The notes: generated from the sequence alone by a model not told the origin. Counted from the stretch's first letter, positions 48,120 through 58,978 are shown. The stretch is 64,000 bases of DNA from an uncultured delta proteobacterium (GCA_963845145.1 CAWJQU010000002.1:512001-576000), one strand, 5' to 3'. A program made the numbers and translations.

Positions 48120-50518
48120 TCATGGGGTCAAGTTTAAGACGGTTTCAGCATGATCCCCGATAGCCGCATCGCTAAACCACCAATACGCCTTTTCCCCTTT
48201 TATAAACCGTTCGATCTGATCCTTGGCATGGGGATGGAATGTTCGGCCGGCGACACCTCCGGGAAGAATGGCCATGACTTTTTCTGTATCACCCAGATCG
48301 GCCACCATCCGCAATGAGTCCGAAATGATCACATTAAAAGGCTGGTTGAAGTCGTAGATATTCCGACGCAGCGTTTCACACGAACCGCCCACCGGATGGG
48401 AACCGCCCCCCAGCCAGCCCTTGCCGAGGCCTTTTTGGCGAATCGGATTTAAGTACTCGATTCGATGCACTTTTCCCCAAAGCCATTTTTCCGGCCGTGA
48501 CCCCAGTTGCGCGGACAGCTCCCCGGCGGCAATCAAGGCCGCCTGGTAAAAAAGGTCATCCCGGGATTCGGTGACCGCAAGGGTCTTTTTGTCATCGAAC
48601 CAGGCGGTATCATTTTCCACAACCATCTGCTGCAACCGCTCCTGCCAGAAATACCAGTTATTCAGCATGGTGGCAGAGAGTTCATCGCCGAGCTCATCGC
48701 TATAGACCAATCGTGCAAAATGGCGATAGACGGCTTGAAAAATAGTCGGGCCTGCTTGATCTTGATCATCCCTAAAGTCCCACTCGGAAAGAACTTTTCC
48801 CATCGGCCGGGTCTTCTCATGCTTTAAAAGTGCTTCTGCCATGATCGGCGCAATCGTCTTGGCCATAAGATTTAATGTGTCCTGTTGAAATTTCCAGAAA
48901 TCGGCAGCCGTTTTTTTGCCCGGACGATCTATGAGTTCTTTCAACCGTCGATATCGATATGAAGGAGACTGATGCGAAGAGTAGTAGTATGGGTAGTCTT
49001 TGCCGACCGTCTTGTGGTTGCAGGTCCCAAGCCATCCCCGCTTAGGATTATAGTTTTGAGGCATGTCATCATAAGGAACCCATCCGGTCCAGTTGTCGGA
49101 GCCGTCCTTGACCGCAAATGGAAAAGTACTATCTGTTTGCGACCGGATCGGCAGTTTGGCGGAAACCTGCCATCCGATGTTGCCTTTGATGTCGGCAAAT
49201 ACAAAATTCAACGCGATGACGCTCGTCTCTTTTAATGCATTACGCACATCGGTAACCGACCCGGCGATGAGAAACGCTTTAAAACCCAACTTCGACGCCA
49301 TGGTCTCAAAGGGCGACCACCGCAAAGTGATGATTTTTTCGGTGACAAGCCCGGGCAAAACGTTCGACACCACCGGTCCCCGACGGGTCAAACGAATTTT
49401 AAATGATTCGCGGCGAATATCATCCGGTGCTTTTTTATCTTTGATGGTAAGTGTTTCCTCAATGATTTCAAACGGCAGGGATTCGGACCCCTCCATATAG
49501 CGGTCCGGGTTTTCCGAATCGACTGTTTCCAGATATAAATCCTGGGTGTCACCGTAAGCATTGGTTATACCGACGGCGATATGATCATTCCTAAATACAA
49601 AGAGCCCCGGGATTCCTGGTATCCCCGCACCCACAGCTCTTAACGATGGTGTAATCAATCCGCAGGGATACCAGGGGCCGGGCAATACGGTTGCTTCCAG
49701 ATGGGGGTCATTGGCCACAATCGGTTTGCCACCAACGTTCAATTCACCAGCTGTAGCCCAATTGTTGCTGCCGATATTCAGAGGATATGGATCGATAAAA
49801 GCCATTTTCGTCCGGTGATTGAAAACCATGGGCCGACCTTTTAGCGGAATCGGAAACGTTGCGTTAACCGTGGGGCCATACGGCGTATCATCCGGATTGA
49901 TATTTAATGGTAGTATTTCTTGTACCCGTTCAGGACCGACTTTCTCCAGCAGCATTTGCGCGATGACTTCGGTCTCCATATTAGCCGACGTGCCCCAACT
50001 CATATAATAAATAATGGATAGTACATCGGGCACTGTCCATGGGCTTGGCTTAAATCCGGCCAGCTTCAGCTCAAGGGGCCATTGTTTGGGTCTCGTCTGG
50101 ATAAACGATTGACACCTAACGTATAGTTTTCGAAATAGTGTTGCGTCTCAGCATTCAAAATACGGGCATGTTTTTGAGCATTGCGATAAAATCCGAACGT
50201 CCGCATTCGTATATCAAACGCTTTGGCTTTTTCTCCCATCACTTCACTGATTCGGCCCTGGGATGCCATTCGGATCATCTCCATTTGAAAGAGACGGTCC
50301 TGGGCGGTAACAAATCCCTGCACTTTCAAAGCATCATTCAAATTCCCGGCTCGAATGTAAGCCATTCCTTTTTCATCGCGAATCACCTCAACCGGCTCTT
50401 TTAATATCGCCAGGTTTAAATGACCCTTGGTTTGATATTTGTTTAAAGCGGAACAGCCATAAAACCCGATAATTAAAATAAAAATAATCCCTGGAATTGC
50501 CGCATTTTTTATTCGCAT
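48120..50518 (-). CDS. Penicillin acylase family (S45) Ntn hydrolase, one-base frameshift near 50104
   Basis: RDEKGMAYI, QGFVTAQDRLFQME in the 5' ORF; GSNNW, ANDPHL in the 3' ORF. One extra T restores NRFIQTRPKQWPLELKLAGFKPSPWT. Confidence 0.9.
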
Positions 50519-50539
50519 CTGAAGCTCCGTTCGGATAGC

Positions 50540-51676
50540 TTATAGACCCCAGCCCCAAAACTCGAGAAATCGGGCGAAATCATTCATGTCCGATTTGCGA
50601 CGATTCCATGGTTTCAGGCTGGTATAAAAGGGATTGTCTTCACTACCATAGACCTTATCGGTACCGATGAAAAGGTCCAGACTCATCCAGCTCATCAAAA
50701 GCGTTTCCAGGGGTTTAAGGGCTCCCTTGACATGATCCTTCATGAGCCCTTTCTGTCGATAAAAGCTCGTCTCATCACCGTTTAGACGCAAACGATTCAG
50801 ATTCTCGCTTGGTTCAAATGCGACGGATAGAACCGACCCATTAAATGCCAATTCTTTCAACGTTTGCGCTTCGACGATCTCAAGATCCATAACCCGATGG
50901 ACTCCCGGCCGCAGATCAACCAACAAACGTGGGTTCGTTTTGGATCGATAGTCGAGAACAGCCGGTAAAACCTCACCATAGACGCGTAACCGGTCCGGCA
51001 TATTGCGCCGTTTGGGGGGCAACGCCTTATCGGGCAGCGCCGTCGTCGCCACCAGTGCTTTGTAACACCCGCAGGTATGTACACTCGTGACAAGAACCGG
51101 CTCTTCCTGTCGGTTTAGGGTAATCACAATAATCAGACCCGGATTATCACCCGCCGTCAAATTGAACGGGACTAGGCTGTACGGGATGGATGGAAAATGG
51201 ACACGGTAAATAAGGTTTGTGTAAGTGTCCTCGGAAGTGACAAACGTCCTTTTTTCTGTATAAATCGTGGGTTGATCGGTTTCGATGCCAATTTGTTCGC
51301 GGCCGTTCTCATCTATTTTGGCAACCGGTCGTCCAATACGATTATACGGGTGTTGGTAATCATAAACCCGAAATACCGGGGCAAACCGCTGAAAGGGTTC
51401 ATCGGTATCATTGACTTTGGTTAAATAGAGCGCTTGTTTTGAATCGGCGGCGATGGGCACATGATGGGCACAACCACCCAGTATCAATAAAAAAAGGGCG
51501 GTAAAGCAGACCCGGTAAAATAAATGGGCGTACCGGTTTCGTAGCCGATTTGGCCGGTAGATATACGCCAAAAGTGTGTACGGGCTTAAGTTTTTATGGT
51601 TCTCCGAGGACTTTTCTGAAATGGGCGGCTTCCCTGAAATGTTCATGCCTGAAATGATCATGTCTGAATTAGTCAT
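50540..51676 (-). CDS. Hypothetical protein, probable lipoprotein
   Basis: Long ORF, lipobox LGGC, VHTCGCY motif; start uncertain. Confidence 0.7.
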   Translation of the reverse strand: MTNSDMIISGMNISGKPPISEKSSENHKNLSPYTLLAYIYRPNRLRNRYAHLFYRVCFTALFLLILGGCAHHVPIAADSKQALYLTKVNDTDEPFQRFAPVFRVYDYQHPYNRIGRPVAKIDENGREQIGIETDQPTIYTEKRTFVTSEDTYTNLIYRVHFPSIPYSLVPFNLTAGDNPGLIIVITLNRQEEPVLVTSVHTCGCYKALVATTALPDKALPPKRRNMPDRLRVYGEVLPAVLDYRSKTNPRLLVDLRPGVHRVMDLEIVEAQTLKELAFNGSVLSVAFEPSENLNRLRLNGDETSFYRQKGLMKDHVKGALKPLETLLMSWMSLDLFIGTDKVYGSEDNPFYTSLKPWNRRKSDMNDFARFLEFWGWGL

Positions 51677-51785
51677 GAGGGTATCCTGTTAACTTTAGGT
51701 ATTGGGGGTCTACTTGCTTTTAAAAGTGACGTTGGAACTGTTTATAGCATAATGCCTGTTTGACGAAAGTCCACATTTCATTTGA

Positions 51786-51824
51786 CACGTCAGACTGGCA
51801 CGTCAGGGCAGCACGTCAGACTGG
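51786..51824. repeat. 3 x 13 bp tandem repeat in the mrcB promoter region
   Basis: CACGTCAGACTGG / CACGTCAGGGCAG / CACGTCAGACTGG. Confidence 0.85.
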
Positions 51825-51900
51825 CTTTACCCCTTTTACGGCCCATGATACGATTATGTAAAATTGTAAAAGGCGTGACTATATTTCGGGCACTCGGACA

Positions 51901-54225
51901 ATGGAAAAAAAACAATCAAAACTGAGACGACTTTTTAAGATATTCTTTATAATAAACGTCGTTATCCTCGTTATCGCCGGTATCGCCGTGTTCGTTTACG
52001 CGGGATATCTGGCCAAGCGGATTGAGAACCGGTTTGCCGGGCGGCGATGGAATATTCCTTCGACGGTATACTCAGACAGCACCTTGCTCTACCCCGGGCA
52101 GGGGATCGATCCGGAAAGCCTGCACGCAAAATTACGCCGTCTGGGTTACCGCGATGTACCCAAGTTGCCTGAGCGAAAAGGCGAGATGCGTTTCGGTAAA
52201 ACCGACGTGACCCTCTATATGCACGACTTCAAATCGTCTATTTTTACACAAACGGGTTTTTTGATTCGCATCCGATTCAAAAACCAATTCATCCGATCCA
52301 TCATTCAGCAGCAAACAGGTGAAAACCTGCCCCTGCTCGAAATAGAGCCTGAGGAATTGATGCGCTTTTACGGCCCCGACCGTGAACGGCGCCATCTGAT
52401 TGCCATTGATAACGTCCCGCGCCACATGATCCATGCCGTCCTGGCGGCTGAAGACAACCATTTTTATAGTCACCGAGGCGTCGATATAAGCGGTATCATC
52501 CGCGCTTTTATCACCAACTTACGCGAAGGAACGATACGACAGGGCGGGTCCACGCTCACCCAGCAATTGGCCAAAAACTATTTCCTGACACCGGCACGCA
52601 CTTACCGCCGAAAATTAAAAGAAATTCTTACGGCCTTGGTGCTTGAGTTTCAATATTCCAAGGATGAGATTCTCGAAATCTATTTAAATGAAATTTACTG
52701 GGGCCAGAAAGGATCGGTTTCCGTCAACGGATTGGGAGAGGCGGCACAATTTTATTTTGATAAACCGGTGGAAGCACTTTCCCTGGAAGAAGCAGCCGTT
52801 TTGGCCGGTCTGATTAAAGGGCCCAATGCCTATTCACCCTATGTAGATGCATCTCGTTGTTTGAGAAGACGAAATAATATCCTCGTCGCCATGCACCAAA
52901 ACCGCTGGTTGGAAGAAAGCGATTTAAAAAAAGCCCTCACCCGGCCCCTAAAAGCCGCCGGATATACTGCATACCATCGTCAGGCACCCTACTTCATTGA
53001 CTATCTCACCCAGCAAATTGCCGACCTGTACCCGCCGGATGTGCTATCCAGCCTGGGCCTATCCATATTTACATCCCTGGATTCACAGGTCCAGGTAGCC
53101 GCGGAAAATGCACTGGAAAATGGACTGGCCCGACTGGAGGCGGCCAATCCGAAACTTAAGCGCGAAAAACCAGAGGATATGTTACAAGGCGCTATCATCG
53201 TCATTCAACCGAAGACCGGTTATATCCTGGCCATGGTAGGCGGACGCAATTACGGTATCAGTCAGTTCAACCGCGCCACCCAGGCCCGACGTCAGCCCGG
53301 TAGCGCTTTCAAGCCCTTTATCTACCTAACCGCGCTGTCAAAGTTTACGGCGGCGGATCTTTTGGACAATAAGCCCAGGCCCTACCCTCTGGATCAAACC
53401 ATCTGGCGCCCGAAAAATTTTAACCCCGATGCACCGGAAGTGGTGACGTTGCGGCAAGGGCTGGCGCAATCTCACAATATCGCCACCATAAATCTGGCCC
53501 TGGCCGTTGGACTCGAATCCATCGTGGGAACAGCGAGTACTTTCCAGTTTTCTACTGTCGTTAAAGCGCTGCCATCCCTTGCTTTGGGCGCTTTCGAGTT
53601 GATTCCTCTGGAGCTGGCCAGAGCCTATTGCGCTTTTGCCGCCGACGGCCTGATGCCCTTTCCCATATCCATGAAAGAGATCGTCGATGACACCAATAAA
53701 TCCATTGAAAGACGCCATGCAAACGTGCAACAATTGTTTTCACCGGCCAAGGCTTTTATAATGAACGACCTGCTTTTAAGCGTTACCACTGAAGGAACGG
53801 CGGCTTCCCTCAAAGCGAGAGGGATCGATTGGCCGGTTGCCGGAAAGACAGGCACGACCAACGAGGCCAGGGATGCCTGGTTTGTGGGCTATACGCCCGA
53901 CATATTGGCACTGGTGTGGGTCGGCTTTGACAATGGCGAGTCCATTTCATCAACCGGATCGCGGGCGGCCTTGCCGATCTGGGCTGAGTTGATGAAGGCC
54001 GTTCCTCAATATGTATCCAAAGGCTGGTTTTCCATGCCAACCGATGTTGTCAAACAGGTCATCTGTGATGAAAGCGGCAAGATAGCCATTATGAATCGCT
54101 GCCCGGTGACAAGGGATGAAGTATTTTTAGAAAATACAGCGCCGACTGATCGCTGCCCGCTTCATGGAAATCTATTCTTCAATAAATTTTTGAAAGGAGT
54201 GAAAAATCTATTCCGTTCCGACTAA
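51901..54225 (+). CDS. mrcB: Class A penicillin-binding protein 1B
   Basis: TM anchor, UB2H-like region, AEDNHF, QGGSTLTQQLAKN, SAFK, SHN, KTG. Confidence 0.9.
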   Translation: MEKKQSKLRRLFKIFFIINVVILVIAGIAVFVYAGYLAKRIENRFAGRRWNIPSTVYSDSTLLYPGQGIDPESLHAKLRRLGYRDVPKLPERKGEMRFGKTDVTLYMHDFKSSIFTQTGFLIRIRFKNQFIRSIIQQQTGENLPLLEIEPEELMRFYGPDRERRHLIAIDNVPRHMIHAVLAAEDNHFYSHRGVDISGIIRAFITNLREGTIRQGGSTLTQQLAKNYFLTPARTYRRKLKEILTALVLEFQYSKDEILEIYLNEIYWGQKGSVSVNGLGEAAQFYFDKPVEALSLEEAAVLAGLIKGPNAYSPYVDASRCLRRRNNILVAMHQNRWLEESDLKKALTRPLKAAGYTAYHRQAPYFIDYLTQQIADLYPPDVLSSLGLSIFTSLDSQVQVAAENALENGLARLEAANPKLKREKPEDMLQGAIIVIQPKTGYILAMVGGRNYGISQFNRATQARRQPGSAFKPFIYLTALSKFTAADLLDNKPRPYPLDQTIWRPKNFNPDAPEVVTLRQGLAQSHNIATINLALAVGLESIVGTASTFQFSTVVKALPSLALGAFELIPLELARAYCAFAADGLMPFPISMKEIVDDTNKSIERRHANVQQLFSPAKAFIMNDLLLSVTTEGTAASLKARGIDWPVAGKTGTTNEARDAWFVGYTPDILALVWVGFDNGESISSTGSRAALPIWAELMKAVPQYVSKGWFSMPTDVVKQVICDESGKIAIMNRCPVTRDEVFLENTAPTDRCPLHGNLFFNKFLKGVKNLFRSD

Positions 54226-54241
54226 AACGACTTTTCTGGGG

Positions 54242-54679
54242 ATGGTGTTGGTCTTTGTCATCGGATGTGCCGGCATGAAGCCTGTGACCAGCGGCAATAA
54301 ACCTGTACCAAGGCCCACTGAATCGGATCAAACGCCTTCAGAACAGATGCCATCGAACCAGCCGAAACAGCCCCAAGCGCTCACGGAAGTTCCAACCAGG
54401 AAAAACCCGCGGGCCGTGGCCGCATTGACGCTGGTTGAGCAGGGCCGCGCCTTGATCAAAGCGAAAAAACCCGACGACGCTATTCGCGTCCTAGAGCGAG
54501 CGATGAACCTGCATCCCCAAAATGGAAAGATCTATTACTATCTATCCGAAGCCTGGCTTACAAAAGGCAATATTCGGCAAGCCACGGAATATAACCGTCA
54601 GGCCGAACGATATTTTCAATCAGCCCCAGACTGGGCCGGGCGGGTATCACGGCAAAAAAAAGAAATTCAAAGCCGATAA
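54242..54679 (+). CDS. TPR lipoprotein (LpoP-like candidate PBP1B activator)
   Basis: Lipobox VIGC, Pro-rich linker, AIRVLERAMNLHPQNG TPR; directly after mrcB. Confidence 0.75.
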   Translation: MVLVFVIGCAGMKPVTSGNKPVPRPTESDQTPSEQMPSNQPKQPQALTEVPTRKNPRAVAALTLVEQGRALIKAKKPDDAIRVLERAMNLHPQNGKIYYYLSEAWLTKGNIRQATEYNRQAERYFQSAPDWAGRVSRQKKEIQSR

Positions 54680-54713
54680 TATCAACGGTTGGTATGATGA
54701 AATGATGAAACTT

Positions 54714-54748
54714 TTTTTAAGGGGTGGGCAAAACCCACCCCTTAAAAA
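54714..54748. terminator. Hairpin between convergent genes
   Basis: TTTTTAAGGGGTGGG-CAAAA-CCCACCCCTTAAAAA, perfect 15-bp stem; no classical U-tract. Confidence 0.65.
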
Positions 54749-54768
54749 TCTACAATGATGATTGATTG

Positions 54769-55554
54769 TCAGGAAAGCCCCAGCGTTTTTTCAAGATCGG
54801 CGGCCACGCCCTCATCCAGATTCAACTTTTTAGCCAACTGCTGCATGTATTCTTTTTCAGCCGGCGTATCGACCTCGATGGCCAGCAGAGAAGCGGCATA
54901 AATCTGTGGCGCTAGCTGCGGTTGATGGCGTGCTTCAGCGACAAAGCCATCCAGATCCAGGGGTTTACTCATTTCGGCCAACAAAAATTCACGCGCCTCC
55001 TGGGACTCACCGGCTTCTTCCACCTTGCCCATTATCCGACGCACTTCTTGCTGATCGATCTTTCCATCCGCCTTGGCGGCACCAATCATGGCCTTCAAGA
55101 TCAATTCGGCACCTTTTTCCAGCTCCGCCTGTTGCGCGTCATCTTCCGCCTCACGAAGTCCAAGAGGAACTTCCGGTTCGCCTTGGCCGGCCTTTTTAAG
55201 TGCTTTAAATGCCATTGCGCCAAGAACGGCCATGGCCCCACCACCGAGGGCCCCTTTAAATGATTTGCCACCGCCGCCGAGTAGCGAGCCTGCCAGGGCA
55301 CCCAATCCACCCAGGGCTAGATTTTTATTTTTCCCTAAGACACGGCCGGCATCACCAAGAACGCTTTGAAGCATCCCCCCGATATCTTTACCACCACTAC
55401 CCCCCAACAGATCGGAAACTGCGCCGGAAATCCCGGATAAGACCCCCCCGGCTTTTTCGCCACCGGTGCTCAATGCGTGCTTAAGGCGATCAGTCGTGGA
55501 TTGGGACAGTCCAGCTTCCATTAGCGTCCCGACGATGTTGCTAAAATTGATCAT
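54769..55554 (-). CDS. DUF533/YebE (TerB-like) protein
   Basis: Gly-rich N-terminus, AMIGAAKADGKID, IYAASLLAIEVD..AEKEY. Confidence 0.9.
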   Translation of the reverse strand: MINFSNIVGTLMEAGLSQSTTDRLKHALSTGGEKAGGVLSGISGAVSDLLGGSGGKDIGGMLQSVLGDAGRVLGKNKNLALGGLGALAGSLLGGGGKSFKGALGGGAMAVLGAMAFKALKKAGQGEPEVPLGLREAEDDAQQAELEKGAELILKAMIGAAKADGKIDQQEVRRIMGKVEEAGESQEAREFLLAEMSKPLDLDGFVAEARHQPQLAPQIYAASLLAIEVDTPAEKEYMQQLAKKLNLDEGVAADLEKTLGLS

Positions 55555-55884
55555 TTTCGACTCCTTTTTTTAGAATTCCGATTGAAGTTTCAATATGCCA
55601 GGGATTCACCCAATTTAACTAGGTGTAACCGGGTGTATGCAAAGGCCCACTCCGATGAGGGGCCTGTAAAACAAGCCCGCGGTGATAGATAAAGTATTGT
55701 TAGAGCCGGATTGGTGACTACCATGCATAGTTACCATATTACCGGAAATGTCAATATCCGCGGAGGACATCAGCCACGTCAATCGAACGATCCGTCTCTT
55801 GTGAAATGAAACTGAATACGGTATTTGTTTGGGGTATTTTTTCCAAAATAAGGGTACTGCCACCAACAAAAAAGGAATCCGATA

Positions 55885-57189
55885 TTGAAAATTTATACCT
55901 ATCCTTCCAAATCTGCGGAAGCCAGATTGCATATTATAGAAAAACGGTCCGCCGGGTTTTTAAAAAAGGACATGGCCCACGTAAACCGAATCGTGGAAAA
56001 TGTTCGTAAAAACGGAGACCCGGCCGTCATTGAGTATGTCAACCGGTTTGACGCCCCTAAACTCGATATCCACTCACTGAAAGTCACGAAAGACGAATTC
56101 ACCCAAGCATTAAAGCAGCTTGACCGTCCATTTCGACGCGCTTTAAATCGTGCGGTGTCCCAAATCGATACATTTCATAAAAATCAGATCCAGCAGTCCT
56201 GGATCGACACCCACCGCCCCGGGACCATGCTCGGCCAACTGATCCACCCTGTGGACGCTGCAGGCGTCTACGTTCCCGGCGGTACCGGAGGGAACACGCC
56301 GCTGGTCTCCTCCGTGCTGATGGGCGCAATTCCCGCCAAGATAGCCGGCGTGCCGCAAATCATTATGGCCACACCACCGCAGCCCGACGGCAGCGTTCAC
56401 CCCTATCTACTGGCGGCGGCCCGAAAAGTTGGGGTGGATACGATATTTAAAATGGGAAGCGCCTGGGCCATTGCCGCGCTGGCCTATGGCACCGCTTCCG
56501 TGCCCCGGGTGGATGTAATCGTGGGACCGGGTAACAAATATGTTACGCTGGCTAAAAAAATAGTGGCTGGAACCGTGGGGATCGACATGATCGCCGGTCC
56601 CAGCGAGATTCTCGTTATTGCCGACGCCGGTGCAACACCCACATTTGTGGCCGCTGACCTTTTATCTCAGGCGGAGCATGACATCCTCGCATCGGCTATC
56701 CTCATTACCGATAGCCTACCCCTGGCCAGTGAAGTAGCAGAGGCCGTAGCAGAACAGTGCCGCCACTTGTCTCGAAGAGAAATCGCCGAAAAATCACTGG
56801 CCAAATTTGGCGCCATCATGGTCGTTCCGGATATTGAAGCCGCCGTGGAATTGGCCAACCGCATCGCACCGGAACACCTGGAGCTTCAGGTCCGTCAACC
56901 CTTTGAATATCTCAATCAAATTCGGCATGCCGGTGCGATTTTTATCGGTGACTATACACCTGAACCGGTAGGAGACTATATTGCAGGGCCCAATCATGTA
57001 TTGCCCACGGCAGGTACGGCCCGTTTCTCATCAGCCCTGTCCGTGGACCATTTTATAAAAAAAACAAGCCTCATCCACTATTCACAAAAGGCATTCCGTA
57101 AGGAGGCCAACGATATCTTACAGCTGGCCGGGGTCGAAGGACTGGAAGCCCATGCCAACTCGGTAAAGGTCCGATTGAAGAGAAAGTAA
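55885..57189 (+). CDS. hisD: Histidinol dehydrogenase
   Basis: GVYVPGG, GPGNKYV, IDMIAGPSE, SQAEHD, APEHL, GPNHVLPT. Confidence 0.97.
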   Translation: MKIYTYPSKSAEARLHIIEKRSAGFLKKDMAHVNRIVENVRKNGDPAVIEYVNRFDAPKLDIHSLKVTKDEFTQALKQLDRPFRRALNRAVSQIDTFHKNQIQQSWIDTHRPGTMLGQLIHPVDAAGVYVPGGTGGNTPLVSSVLMGAIPAKIAGVPQIIMATPPQPDGSVHPYLLAAARKVGVDTIFKMGSAWAIAALAYGTASVPRVDVIVGPGNKYVTLAKKIVAGTVGIDMIAGPSEILVIADAGATPTFVAADLLSQAEHDILASAILITDSLPLASEVAEAVAEQCRHLSRREIAEKSLAKFGAIMVVPDIEAAVELANRIAPEHLELQVRQPFEYLNQIRHAGAIFIGDYTPEPVGDYIAGPNHVLPTAGTARFSSALSVDHFIKKTSLIHYSQKAFRKEANDILQLAGVEGLEAHANSVKVRLKRK

Positions 57190-57222
57190 AAAAATAACCT
57201 CAAATAGAATTTAAACGGGGGA

Positions 57223-58050
57223 ATGAGAATGAAAATTTTTATTGATAGTGCCGATTTGGACGAGATTAAACAAGGTTACGCCTGGGGTGTCGCCGACGGG
57301 GTCACCACGAATCCCAGCTTATTAAAAAAAGCGGTCGAAAACCGGGTGTCCAAAGGAGATTCATTGGACCTCGAAAAGTATATTATCCAAATCCTTGAGA
57401 CTGCCAAAGGAACACCGGTCAGCCTGGAAGTAACCGAGACAACCGCCGCGGGAATGATCGCCCAAGGCAAAAAAATATACGAGCGGTTCAATCCCATCGC
57501 TAAAAATGTTTACGTTAAAGTGCCGGTGAATCCTGCCTTTAAAGATGAGGATACGACCCATTTTGACGGAATTATCGCTATCCGCACGCTGGCAGATGCG
57601 GGTATCCCCGTCAACAGTACCTTGATATTCACGCCGGATCAGGCAATGCTGGCAGCCAAAGCAGGCGCTGCTTTCGTAAGCCCCTTCGCCGGACGCATCG
57701 ATGATGACCTGCGAAAAAAAGCCGGCTTAAAATTCGACAAGACAGACTATTTCCCCGCTGACGGCATGGCTGTGGACGATCGTCTAATGAACGACAACGG
57801 TATCTTTTCGGGTATTGACCTGGTGGAACAATGTGTTCAAATCATCGAAGAGTACGGTTTTGAAACCGAAGTACTGGCGGCTTCATTAAGAAATCCCCGC
57901 CAGGTGCGCGATTCGGCCCTGGCCGGTGCCCACATTGCGACCCTGCCCCTTGGTGTCATCGGCGATATGCTCAAACACTTCCAGACCTTTGATGGAATGG
58001 CCAAATTCACCGCCGACATTGTTCCGGAATATGTGGCATTGATAAAGTAG
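57223..58050 (+). CDS. Transaldolase (short FSA/TalC type, with insertions)
   Basis: IFIDSA, DGVTTNPSL, YVKVP, FVSPFAGRIDD, LAASLR. Confidence 0.9.
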   Translation: MRMKIFIDSADLDEIKQGYAWGVADGVTTNPSLLKKAVENRVSKGDSLDLEKYIIQILETAKGTPVSLEVTETTAAGMIAQGKKIYERFNPIAKNVYVKVPVNPAFKDEDTTHFDGIIAIRTLADAGIPVNSTLIFTPDQAMLAAKAGAAFVSPFAGRIDDDLRKKAGLKFDKTDYFPADGMAVDDRLMNDNGIFSGIDLVEQCVQIIEEYGFETEVLAASLRNPRQVRDSALAGAHIATLPLGVIGDMLKHFQTFDGMAKFTADIVPEYVALIK

Positions 58051-58054
58051 GACG

Positions 58055-58978
58055 ATGCTTGATTCCTCTCGCCGGGCGTCGATCCGGTCTAACCTGATAT
58101 TGCGGGCCGCCGTGATCGACGCCGTGCGTCAATTCTTTCAAAAGCACAACTACCTGGAAGTTGAAACCCCGACACGGCTACCCACCCAAGCCCCCGAAGA
58201 GCATATCGAGGCCGTGCGATCAGACGGCTGGTTTCTACAAACATCGCCGGAACTCTGCATGAAGCGACTGCTGGCATCCGGCTACAGCAAAATATTCCAG
58301 ATCTGTCGCTGTTTTCGGGAAGGGGAACGCGGCCACCGGCATCTGCCGGAGATGACCCTGCTCGAATGGTATACGACCGATGCCGATTATCGGCATATGA
58401 TGGCCCAGACCGAGGCGTTGATTCGCCACGTTGCCCAATCCCTGAATATAAATCATTCTCTCCAGTACCAAAAAGATACGATCGATTGGCACACCCCCTG
58501 GCAACGAATGACGGTGGCCAAGGCATTTGAAACTTTTGGTTCCATAACCCTGGACGAAGCCCTCAATACCGACCGCTTTGATGAAATCGTCACCCTGGAA
58601 ATAGAGCCCAACTTAGGGAATCAACACCCCACCTTTCTCATGGATTACCCCGCCAAATTAGGCGCCCTGGCCCGCTTATCACCGACCGATAAACATGTGG
58701 CCGAGCGGTTTGAATTATACATCGGCGGGATTGAGTTGTGTAACGGATTCAGCGAATTGACCGATCCGGTCGAACAGCGTAATCGTTTTGAGGACGCGAA
58801 CCAGCAAAGGGCCACAGCTAAAAAACCACCCTACCCCATGCCGGAAAAATTTCTCGGTGCTTTAAAAAAGATGCCCCCCGCCGCAGGCAATGCCCTGGGG
58901 TTGGATCGACTCGCGATGCTCTTTGCCGACACGAATCAAATTGATGATGTCGTGGCATTTATTCCCGAGGAGTTATGA
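58055..58978 (+). CDS. epmA: EF-P beta-lysine ligase (GenX/PoxA)
   Basis: LQTSPELCMKRLLA, ERFELY, NGFSELTD, ALGLDRL; no anticodon-binding domain. Confidence 0.95.
   Translation: MLDSSRRASIRSNLILRAAVIDAVRQFFQKHNYLEVETPTRLPTQAPEEHIEAVRSDGWFLQTSPELCMKRLLASGYSKIFQICRCFREGERGHRHLPEMTLLEWYTTDADYRHMMAQTEALIRHVAQSLNINHSLQYQKDTIDWHTPWQRMTVAKAFETFGSITLDEALNTDRFDEIVTLEIEPNLGNQHPTFLMDYPAKLGALARLSPTDKHVAERFELYIGGIELCNGFSELTDPVEQRNRFEDANQQRATAKKPPYPMPEKFLGALKKMPPAAGNALGLDRLAMLFADTNQIDDVVAFIPEEL

Noticed and set aside
55615..55800. Riboswitch or His attenuator between DUF533 and hisD
   Set aside because: Only one modest hairpin (GGCCC...GGGCC); no yybP or fluoride consensus and no His-rich leader peptide.
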